DNA of 64,000 bases from Mobula birostris. Taxonomy: Eukaryota. This document shows positions 23,455 through 33,639 of the stretch, piece by piece. The notes under the pieces are model-generated. The model was not told the DNA's origin. It ran no database searches and saw only the letters and a program-made list of their open reading frames with translations. The stretch's first letter is position 1; each line of letters begins with the position of its first letter. The stretch spans positions 45,680,150-45,744,149 of the forward strand of contig NC_092379.1 of the NCBI RefSeq assembly GCF_030028105.1. Reading direction: 5' to 3'. A program made the position numbers and the translations under genes.

Positions 23455-23947
23455 AGAGACGAGAAAATCTGCAAGTACTGTAAATCCAAGCAACATACAC
23501 AAAATACTGGAGGAACTCAACAGTCCAGGAAACATCTATGGAAAAGATTAAACAGTCGACGTTTCAGGCCAAAACCCTTCATCAGGACTGGAAAAAAAGA
23601 TAAAAAGTTCGAGCAAGGAGTTTGGGTGAGGGGAGGAAGACACACAAGGTAGTAGCTGATAGGTGAAAGAAACAAAGGGCTAGAAAAGGGGGAACCTGAT
23701 AGTGGAGGATAAAAGACCATTGAAGAAAGAAAAAGGGGAGGAACATCAGAGGGATGTGATGGGCAAATAAAGAGATGAGGTAATAAAGAGATGAGGTGAG
23801 AGGGGGAATGTGGAATGGGAATTGTGACCGTGCTGGGAAACTACCGGAAGCTCGAGTAATCGATGTTCATTCCAACAGTTTGTCAGAAAAAATCGGGATC
23901 TCCTGGTGACCACCCACTTCAATTCTACTTCCCACTCTCATTCCGAC
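23455..23947 (-). mobile_element. Penelope-like pLTR with inverted junction to a GIY-YIG-region fragment
   Basis: Same pLTR family on the minus strand, switching to a + orientation CCACCCACTTCAATTCTACTTCCCACTCTCATTCCGAC segment just before the LTR insertion. Confidence 0.75.
23553..23590 (-). ncRNA. Intact minimal type I hammerhead ribozyme (Penelope type)
   Basis: Reverse complement CAGTC-CTGATGA-AGGGTTTTGGCCT-GAAAC-GTC-GACTG gives a 5-bp helix I (CAGTC/GACTG), full core, AGG/CCT helix II, palindromic ACGT helix III and a GUC site. Confidence 0.75.
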
Positions 23948-25153
23948 TGTCATAATGGGGTGTCTGGGAACGGACCCAAGTGCAAGACACAGACACTGAA
24001 GTACTAGGGACAGGACGAGGATGCCGGGTGAGGGCTAGGACATCGACTCGAAAACTGGGAACCCGGAACAGGACTGGACAAGAGAGCTAGGAGCTCGGGC
24101 TTGGACTCCGAGCCAGAGACTGGACAAGGACCCAGTACCTGGGTCTTGCCTCTGGCTCGGACCCCAGAACTAGGCAAGGACGTGACTTCGCTAGCAGGCA
24201 GGACGGGGCTGGAGTCTTCAGACTTCAGGCGAGGCTTGAGGCGAGGCTGGAGACCAGAGACTTGAGTCGAGGCTGGAGACCACAGACTTGAGGCGAGGCT
24301 GGAGACCAGTGACTTGAGGCGAGGCTGGAGACCAGTGACTTGAGGCGAGGTGGAGACCAGAGACTTGAGACGAGGCTGGAAATCAGAGACTTCAGGCGAG
24401 GCTAGAGACCAGAGGCTTGAGACTAAAGACTTGAGGCGAGGCTTGAGACTAGAGGCCTGAGGCTTGGGGTCTTGAAGCTTGGCTTGGGGCGAGGCTTGAG
24501 GCTTGGGGTCTCGAAGCTTGGCTTGGGGCGAGGCACGGCTAGGAACTTGAGGCGAGGCTCGGCTAGAGACTTGAAGCGAGGCTTGGCTAGAGGCATGGGG
24601 TCTTGAAGCTCCTCGTGGGCAGGGCACAGTACTCCTGGGCAGGGTGTGGATCACCTGGGCAGGGAGCGGATCTACACCTGACGGAGACAAGGGACAGGAA
24701 GGGACAGAAACAATCGCAGGTTAACGGCAATCTGGCCTGGTTTACCCGACGGAGGCAAGGGACAGGAAGGGATCTAGATACAGAGTGGCTCCAAGAGAAG
24801 ACTTCAGGCGAAGCGAGGCGGGAGTTACCGGCAAGATAAGGCAAGGCTTAAGGCAATGCAAGGCGAGACAAGAACTTCAGGCGAGGCGAGGCGAGAGTTA
24901 TCGGCAAGACAAGGAAAAGATTCAGGCAATGAATCAGAAGGCAGGGGAAGGGATACAAGGAGTGAGGACAAGAACAATCCAGCCACCAGGCGTTGGTCTT
25001 TCGAGGTATTTATGCAGCCAGCCCCAACGAGAATCAGCAGCCTCAATTAGTGCTCAATAGGAACAAAAACAGGGTAGACAGGAAAACCTGGAACAAGGGT
25101 CGATGGATCGGGCCGTAAACCGGAATGCGGAGTTCACGGACTGGACCATGACA
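23948..25153 (-). mobile_element. Solo LTR (about 1.2 kb) with internal tandem repeats
   Basis: TGTCA...TGACA termini with a perfect 5-bp TSD CCGAC (23943-23947 and 25154-25158). It contains arrays of GAGGCGAGGCTGGAGACCAGAGACTT-like units. Strand is inferred from a TATA-like ATAAATA on the minus strand (about 25007-25013). Confidence 0.88.
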
Positions 25154-25569
25154 CCGACACGTCATTGCATTGCTTAGTCTGCTGCACAACATCCTGAGCC
25201 AAGGGCCCATAATATGCTGGATTGTGTTCCGTGTTCCAGGTTCTACGGTTAGTGTGCTACTCAGAATCGGAATCAATTCTGATCCAAGTGCAAGACACAG
25301 ACACTGAATTACTAGGGACAGGAGGAGGATACAGTGTGAGGGCTAGGACATGGACACGAAAACCAAGAAACCGGAACAGGACTGGACAAGAGAGGTAGGA
25401 TCCCAGCCTTGGATTCCGAGCCAGAGACTGGACAAGGACCCAGAACCTGTGTCTTGCCTCTGCCTTGGACCCCAGAGACATAGAAACATAGAAAATAGGT
25501 GCAGGAGTAGGCCATTCGGCCCTTCGAGCCTGCACTGCCATTAATTATGATCATGGCTGATCATCCAAC

Positions 25570-28500
25570 TCAGTACCCCGCCCCAGCCTTCCCTCCATAC
25601 CCCCTGACCCCCGTAGCCACAAAGGCCATATCTAACTCCCTCTTAAATATAGCCAATGAACTGGTCTCAACTGTTTCCTGTGGCAGAGAATTCCACAGAT
25701 TCACCACTCTCTGTCTGAAGAAGTTTTTCCTAATCTCGGTCCTAAAAGGCTTCCCCTCTATACTCAAACTGTGGCCCCTCGTTCTGGACTTCCCCAACAT
25801 CGGGAACAATCTTGTTGAATCTAGCCTGTCCAATCCCTTTAGGATCTTATACGTTTCAATCAGATCCCCCCTCAATCTTCTAAATTCCAACGAGTACAAG
25901 CCCAGTTCATCCAGTCTTCCTTCATATGAAAGTCCTGCCATTCCAGGAATCAATCTGGTGAACCTTCTTTGTACTCCCTCTATGGCAAGGATGTCTTTCC
26001 TCAGATTAGGGGACCAAAACTGCACACAATACTCCAGGTGTGGTCTCACCAAGGCCTTGAACAACTGCAGTAGTACCTCCCTGCTCCTGTACTCGAATCC
26101 TCTCGCTATAAATGCCCGCATACCATTCGTCTTTTTCACCGCCTGCTGTACCTGCATGCCCACTTTCAATGAATGGTGTATAATGACACCCAGGTCTCGT
26201 TGCACCTCCCCTTTTCCTAATTGGCCACCATTCAGATAATAATCTGTTTTCCTATTTTTGCCACCAAACTGGATAACTTCACATTTATCCACATTAAATT
26301 GCATCTGCCATGAATTTGCCCACTCACCCAACCTATCCAAGTCACCCTGCATCCTCTTAGCATCCTCCTCACAGCTAACACTGCCACCCAGTTTCGTGTC
26401 ATCCGCAAACTTGGAGATGCTGCATTTAATTCCCTCATCCAAGTCATTAATATATATTGTAAACAACTGGGGTCCCAGCACTGAGCCTTGCGGTACCCCA
26501 CTAGTCACCGCCTGCCATTCTGAAAAGGTCCCGTTTATTCCCACTCTTTGCCTCCTGTCTGCTTACCAATTCTCCACCCACACCAATACCTTACCCCCAA
26601 TACCGTGTGCTTTAAGTTTGCACACTAATCTCCTGTGTGGGACCTTGTCAAAAGCCTTTTGAAAATCCAAATATACCACATCCACTGGTTCTCCCCTATC
26701 CACTCTACTAGTTACATCCTCAAAAAATTCTATGAGATTCGTCAAACATGATTTTCCTTTCACAAATCCATGCTGACTTTGTCCGATCATTTCACCGCTT
26801 TCCAAATGTGCTGTTATCACATCCTTGATAACTGACTCCAGCAGTTTCCCCACCACCGACGTTAGGCTAACCGGTCTATAATTCCCCGTTTCTCTCTCCC
26901 TCCTTTTTTAAAAAGTGGGGTTACATTAGCCACCCTCCAATCCTCAGGAACTAGTCCAGAGTCTAACGAGTTTTGAAAAATTATCACTAATGCATCCACT
27001 ATTTCTTGGGCTACTTCCTTAAGCACTCTAGGATGCAGACCATCTGGCCCTGGGGATTTATCTGCCTTCAATCCCTTCAATTAACCTAACACCACTTCCC
27101 TACTAACATGTATTTCGCTCAGTTCCTCCATCTCACTGGACCCTCTTACCCCTACTATTTCTGGAAGATTATTTATGTCCTCCTTAGAGAAGACAGAACC
27201 AAAGTAATTATTCAATTGGTCTGCCATGTCCTTACTCCCCATAATCAATTCACCTGTTTCTGTCTGCAGGGGACCTACATTTGTCTTTACCAGTCTTTTC
27301 CTTTTTACATATCTATAAAAGCTTTTACAGTCCGTTTTTATGTTCCCTGCCAGTTTTCTCTCATAATCTTTTTTCCCCTTCCTAATTAAGCCCTTTGTCC
27401 TCCTCTGCTGAACTCTGAATTTCTCCCAGTCCTCAGGTGAGCCACTTTCTCTGGCTAATTTGTATGTTTCTTCTTTGGAATTGATACTATCCCTAATTTC
27501 TCTTGTCATCCACGGGTGCACTACCTTCCTTGATTTATTCTTTTGCCAAACTGGGATGAACAATTGTTGTAGTTCATCCATGCAACCTTTAAATGCTTGC
27601 CATTGCATATCCACCGTCAATCCTTTAAGTGTCATTTGCCAGTCTATCTTAGCTAATTCACGTCTCATACCTTCAAAGTTACCCCTCTTTAAGTTCAGAA
27701 CCTTTGTTTCTGAATTAACTATGTCACTCTCCATCTTAATGAAGAACTCCACCATATTGTGGTCACTCTTACCCAAGGGGCCTCTCACGACAAGATTGTT
27801 AATTAACCCTTCCTCATTGCTCAAAACCCAGCCCAGAATAGCCTGCTCTCTAGTTGGTTCCTCGACATGTTGGTTCAAAAAACCATGCCACAGACATTCC
27901 AAGAAATCCTCTTCCTCAGCACCTTTACCAATTTGGTTCACCCAATCTACATGTAGATTGAAGTCACCCATTATAACTGCTGTTCCTTTATTGCACACAT
28001 TTCTAATTTCCTGTTTAATATCATCTCCGACCTCACTACTACTGTTAGGTGGCCTGTACACAACTCCCACCAGCGTCTTCTGCCCCTTAGTGTTACGCAG
28101 CTCTACCCATATCGATTCCACATCTTCCCGGCTTATATCCTTCCTTTCTATTGCGTTAACCTCTTCTTTAACCAGCAACGCCACCCCACCTCCCCTTCCT
28201 TCATGTCTATCCCTCCTGAATATTGAATATCCCTGAACGTTGAGCTCCCATCCCTGGTCACCCTGGAGCCATGTCTCTGTGATCCCAACTATATCATAAT
28301 CATTAATAACAATCTGCACTTTCAATTCATCCACCTTATTATGAATGCTCCTTGCATTGACACACAAAGCCTTCAGGCGCTCTTTTACAACTCTCTTAGC
28401 CCTTATACAATTATGCTGAAAAGTGGCTCTTTTTAATGCTTGCCCTGGATTTGTCAGCCTGCCACTTTTACTTTTCTCCATAGTACTTTTTGCTTCTACC

Positions 28501-28601
28501 CTCACTTTACACCCCTCTGTCTCTCTGCACTGGTTCCCATCCCCCTGTTGTGAACTAACCTCCTCATGCCTAGCCTCTTTAATTTGATTCCCACCCCCCA
28601 A
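25570..28601 (-). pseudogene. CR1 ORF2 (APE endonuclease plus RT), disrupted
   Basis: Endonuclease CVNARSIHNK..GITETW..GDFN..SDHN and [29 protein letters not shown]. Lesions are a nonsense codon at 27081-27083, a frameshift near 26890 and a nonsense codon at 26563-26565. Confidence 0.92.
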
Positions 28602-28606
28602 CCATT

Positions 28607-29542
28607 CTAGTTTAAAGTCACCTCAGTAGCCCCCGCTAATCTCCCTGCCAGGATATTGGTCCCCCTAGGATTCAAGTGTAACCCATCCTTTTTGTACAGG
28701 TCACGCTCACGCCAAAAAAGGTCCCAATGATCCAAAAACTTGAATCCCTGCCCCCTGCTCCAATCCCTCAGCCACGCATTTATCCTCCACCTCATCGCAT
28801 TCCTACACTCACTGTCGCGTGGCACAGGTAGTAATCCCGAGATTACTAGCTTTGCGGTCCTTTTTCTCAACTCCCTTCCTAGCTCCCTATATTCTCCTTT
28901 CAGGACCTCATCCCTTTTCCTACCTATGTCATTGGTACCTATATGTACCACGACCTCTGGCTCCTCACCCTCCCACTTCAGGATATCTTGGACACGATCA
29001 GAAATATCCCGGACCCTGGCACCAGGGAGGCAAACTACCATCCGGGTCTCTGGACTGCGTCCACAGAATCGCCTATCTGACCCCCTTACTATCGAGTCCC
29101 CTATCACAACTGCCCTCCTCTTCCTTGCCCTACCCTTCTGAGCTACAGGGCCAGACTCTGTGCCGGAGGCACGGCTTCTGTCGCTTCCCCCGGGTAAGTT
29201 GTCCCCCCCAACAGTACTCAAACAGGAGTACCTGTTGTTAAGGTGCACAGCCACCGGAGTACTCCCTATTACCTGACTTTTCCCCTTCCCCCTCCTAACC
29301 GTGACCCACTTGTCTGCCTCCCGTGGCCCCGGCGTGACCACCTGCCTGCAACTCCTCTCTATTACCTCCTCACTCTCCCTGACCAGACGAAGGTCATCGA
29401 GCTGCAGCTCCAGTTCTGTAACGCGGTCCCTTAGGAGCTGCATCTCGATGCACCTGGCGCAGATGTAGACGTCCGGGAGGCTTGGAGACTCCAGGGCCTC
29501 CCACATCCGACACCCAGAACAGCAAACTGCCCTCACACTCAT
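28607..29542 (-). CDS. CR1 ORF1p: CxxC..CxxC Zn finger, coiled coil, SGNH esterase
   Basis: Open from ATG at 29542. Contains CSGC..CARC, LLRDRVTELELQL and the SGNH blocks VIGDSIVRG, HIGTND and DGLHLN. Confidence 0.9.
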   Translation of the reverse strand: MSVRAVCCSGCRMWEALESPSLPDVYICARCIEMQLLRDRVTELELQLDDLRLVRESEEVIERSCRQVVTPGPREADKWVTVRRGKGKSQVIGSTPVAVHLNNRYSCLSTVGGDNLPGGSDRSRASGTESGPVAQKGRARKRRAVVIGDSIVRGSDRRFCGRSPETRMVVCLPGARVRDISDRVQDILKWEGEEPEVVVHIGTNDIGRKRDEVLKGEYRELGRELRKRTAKLVISGLLPVPRDSECRNAMRWRINAWLRDWSRGQGFKFLDHWDLFWRERDLYKKDGLHLNPRGTNILAGRLAGATEVTLN

Positions 29543-32417
29543 ACTGCCCCTCTCCTCAAATAACAACAGAAAATGAATGCCAAACTTTCCTCGCCTGTTT
29601 CCGCCTAAGCCCGTTGAGCCGAAGCCCTTAAGTCTTCACTCTGCTCCCGGCTCACTCCGCAGCCCGCAAACTACGCTGCCCGCTCTATGAGGCTCTGTTC
29701 CTTTTAAATCTGCCGCGCTGCACTGCCCAACGTCACACGCCTGCGCAGTCCCGCCTCTCTGAACGCCGTTGGAGAAAAAAAAAATAACGAAAATTTCAAA
29801 AATGTCTTTCTCGGCACTCCCACTCAGACTCTTAGACTCCTTCTTCGAATCAAACCCGAAGCAGGATGTCTGCCCTTTTAAATCTGCCGTGCTGCACTGC
29901 CCGACGTCACACGCCTGCGCAGTCCCGCCTCTCTGAACGCCGTTGGAGGAAAAAAATAACGAAAATTTCAAAAATATCTTTCTCGGCACTCCCACTCAAA
30001 CTCTCAGACTATTTCTCCAAATCTCCTTCTTCGAACTAGGCAAGGACGTGACTTGGCTGGCAGGCAGGACGAGGCTGGAATCTTCAGACTTGAGGCGAGG
30101 TTGGAGACCGGAGACTTGAGGCGAGGCTGGAGACCAGAGACTTGAGTTGAGGCTTGAGACCAGAGGCTTGAGACTAGAGACTTGCGGCGAGGCTTGAGGT
30201 CTTGAAGCTTGCCTTGGGTCAAGGGTCGAGGCTTGGGGTCTTGAAGCTTGGCTTGGGCCGAGGCTTCGCTAGAGACTTGAGGCGAGGCTTGGGGTCTTGA
30301 AGCTCCTTCTGGGTAGGGCGCGGATCACCTGGGCAGGGTGCGGTACTCCTCGGCAGGGCGCAGATCACCTGGGCAGGGCGCGGATCTCCACCTGACGGAG
30401 GCAAGGGACAGGAAGGGACAGGGCCCACCGCAGTGTAACGGCAATCTTGCCTGTCTTACCCGACGGAGGAAAGGGACAGGAAGGGACCTAGATACAGGGT
30501 GGCTCCAAGACAAGACTTCAGGCGAGGTGAGGCGATAGTTACCGGCAAGACAAGGCAAGACTTAATGCAATGCAAGGCAAGACAAGAAATTCAGGCGAGG
30601 TGAGGCGAGAGTTACCGGCAAGACAAGGCAAGGCTTCGGGCATGGAAAAAGAAGACAGGGTAAGGAATACAAGGAGTAAGGACAAGAACAATCCAGCCGC
30701 CACGCCCTGGTCTCTGGAGGTATTTATGCAGCCAGCCCCAACAAGAATCAGCTGCCTCCATTAGTGCTCAACACGAACAGAAACAGGATAGACAGAAAAA
30801 CCTGGAGCAAGGGTCGATGGACCGGGCCATGAACCGGAATGCGGACTTCACGGACAGAACCATGACACCGACACTTCATTGCATTGCTTAGTCTACTACA
30901 CAACATCCTGAGCCAAGGGCCCATAATATGCTGGATTGTGTTCCATGTTCCAGGTTCTACGGTTAGTGTGCTACTCAGAATCAGAACTGATTTATTCTGA
31001 AATTCATCAGGCGATATTTACATAAACTAGGGCAAGGAGGTAGGTTTTAAAAGATAGCGCCATGTTAAGGATCCACAGCGTTCACCGAAGGAATTCGAGG
31101 GCCTCGACTTTTAAAAGCTAATGGTAACATGACAAAGGATGGAGATGATCAACCTGAGAGTATTAGGGAACTGAACGTATTTTGGAGATTGACAGAGTCA
31201 GACTTTCTAGAGGTAAGATGGATAATATAGGAAAGAAATTTGAGAAGAGATGTGGGAATTTTAAAACTTTCTCAATGGGTTTCAAGGATAGGACGAATGA
31301 TGTGAGGAATGTTCAGAATTTAGCCAGGTGCGCTTAAGCGTGATGCCTGGCGGATGCATTCTGTATTTGCGGATACTAATCATTTGAAGGAAAATGCCCT
31401 GTGCTTATTTTCCAAAAGTGCTGCCAACAGGCAACAGACCCGTTGGTCGTTCCTTCAATCTCAGTTGCGCTGACACAGAAACTGGTCCTCGGTGACAATG
31501 TTATCGGAACTTATAGCATAGAAATAGGGCATTCAGCCCAGCATGTGAAGGCTGACCTGTGAGTACACATCCGTGTTAATCTTACCTTGCAGAACTCGGC
31601 TCAAAGTCGCAGAGCTGATTCCTGTGCTCCTCCAGATACATTTTAAATGCTGTTTCACCATTCCCTTTGGGCACTGAAAACTTGGAACTGGGTCTTCTCT
31701 TGGAAATAAGATATCTCTAAATCCCTCCATATATTTTACCCCGTTTACCACCTTTATCTTAATTTTTTGTCTACTGAATTAAATGCTTCAAAAATGAAGA
31801 CAATTTAACCACTAACCTCTCCCAGCTTCCCCGCCCCCACATTATCTAGCGTCACTTTAAACATGCAAAGCATGTAATAATAGTTAACTGTACATTTTGT
31901 TTTATATGATTGATTTTAGATTTTATATATTGTGTGGTTTTATTTTAATCTGATCTTTATGCTTACTGTGATCTTTTTTTTTGCTGCATTGGACCCATAT
32001 TAACAATCTTTTCATTCTCCCTTACACTAAAGAATGACAACAAACAATATTGCATTTTGACTTACATTTCCTGCGATCCACCCCACGCATAATTTTCCTA
32101 ATACTAACTATATTTTATGCATCTTCTCTTAACTTCCTCCCACAAACTCCAGTTTCTCGTAATAAATAACGCCATGCAACATCCCAGTGAATCCCCTCTT
32201 CACCCTCTCCTGTGCTATCACATTCTTCTTCTCATGTGTCGACAAGATCTGCATAAAATATGGAAACTGAGATCATACTTTGCTATTATGTCATTAGAGT
32301 ATAAGCTCCTTGCTTTTTGATTGTTTGCCGGGTAAATGACAGCTCGTAGACCGCATGCTTTCATAATATTATCCACCTGTACTGCTAACTTCAATGATCG
32401 ACGGATTTGCACACCAA

Positions 32418-32653
32418 ACAACAGGAATTCTGCAGATGCTGGAAATTCAAGCAACACACATCAAAGTTGCTGGTGAACGCAGCAGGCCAGGCAGCATCTG
32501 TAGGAAGAGGTGCAGTCGACGTTTCAGGCTGAGACCCTTCGTCAGGACTAACTTCCTTCAGTTAGTCCTGACGAAGGGTCTCGGCCTGAAACGTCGACTG
32601 CACCTCTTCCTACAGATGCTGCCTGGCCTGCTGCGTTCACCAGCAACTTTGAT
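32418..32653. mobile_element. Penelope-like pLTR insertion forming a 94-bp inverted repeat with two hammerheads
   Basis: Arms 32460-32553 and 32560-32653 match at 93/94 positions around a TCCTTC loop. A direct repeat GATTTGCACACCAA flanks the insertion at 32404-32417 and 32651-32664. Confidence 0.9.
32563..32600 (+). ncRNA. Minimal type I hammerhead ribozyme (mirror copy on the minus strand at 32513-32550)
   Basis: TAGTC-CTGACGA-AGGGTCTCGGCCT-GAAAC-GTC-GACTG gives helix I AGTC/GACT, an intact core and a GUC site ending at 32595. Confidence 0.75.
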
Positions 32654-33639
32654 TTGCACACCAAGGTCAGTTTGCTCCTCATAACTCGTTGGTACATGTT
32701 TCGAGCCTCTTTGATACTCCCAGGTAGCATGGGCTCACGTTTAACAGGATTAAATTCCATGGCTAATTTCAGGAAAAGATCGATATTACTCTGGGGTAGG
32801 AAGATGCTGCGGGTGAATCACAGTGACGTGCTGCAAACTGCTTTCAAATGTTCTAAATCTACAGTACTTCTTTTGAATTAGTCTCACTGCAATCTGCATA
32901 TTCCTCAATAGACCCATCTGATCCTTGCTTCCTACACCTCATGTATGTTGCCTTCTTCCACCTGACTAGATTTTCCACCTCACTTGTCACCTATGGTTCC
33001 TTCACCCTACCATTCTTTATCGTCCTCACGGGGGCAAATTTATTCCTAACACCCCGCAAGAGATCTCTAAACATCGACCACATGTCCACAGTACATTTCC
33101 CTGCAAAACATCATCCCAATTGACACCCGCAAGTTCTAGCCTTATAACCTCATAATTTGCCCTTCCCCAATTAAAAAATTTCCTGTCCTCTGTGATTCTA
33201 TCCTTTTCCATGATTATGCTAAAGGGCAGGGAGCGGTGGTCACTGTGCCCCAGATGCTCACTCACTGAGAGATCTGTGACCTGACCCGGTTCGTTACCTA
33301 GTACTAGATCTAGTATGGCATTCCCCTTCGTCGGCCTGTCCACATACTGTGACAGGAATCCGTTCTGGACACACTTCACAAACTCTGCCCCATATAAACC
33401 GTTGGAACTAATCAAGTTCTATTCGGGGTAAATAGCATGATCGAACTGCTGATTCGGAGAAGGTAAAAGGTAGGGAGGTGCCATGTTTCATGTTAAACTC
33501 CTTGTGATGTTTGGACGTGGCGATTTTGTCGTAATCCTGTCCCACCCCCACCCCGACCCCCGACTTGGAAAATCTAATGATTAAGGGGACTAATCAAGGG
33601 AGTATTCCTCCGTGAACCTGACCACTGTTTACATATCCC

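Larger units (their letters stand above)
25477..30032 (-). mobile_element. Near full-length CR1 LINE (about 4.55 kb)
   Basis: (TTTCTATG)n-type 3' tail at 25477-25495, ORF2, ORF1, and tandem 5' monomers. Confidence 0.95.
25281..30867 (-). mobile_element. Second copy of the same LTR (25281-25476 plus 30033-30867), split by a CR1 insertion
   Basis: The sequence resumes exactly across the CR1 (CCCCAGA | GAACTAGG, versus CCCCAGAACTAGG in copy 1). It ends in CATGACA followed by the same CCGAC and flank as copy 1. Confidence 0.85.
32080..33420 (-). mobile_element. CR1 fragments hosting the Penelope hairpin insertion
   Basis: EFNPVKRE and KGLYGAEFVKCVQNGFLSQYVDRPTKGNAILDLVLGNEPGQV remnants. Confidence 0.75.

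Noticed and set aside
24004-24690. Long Pro/Ser/Gln-rich ORFs here and at 45102-46162
   Set aside because: They are by-products of stop-poor tandem arrays inside solo LTRs and are open in several frames on both strands. The arrays have no unique spacers, so they are not CRISPR.
27460-28236. 258-aa plus-strand ORF and similar ORFs (25547-26239, 26258-26662, 28740-29241)
   Set aside because: Antisense shadows of CR1 ORF1/ORF2.
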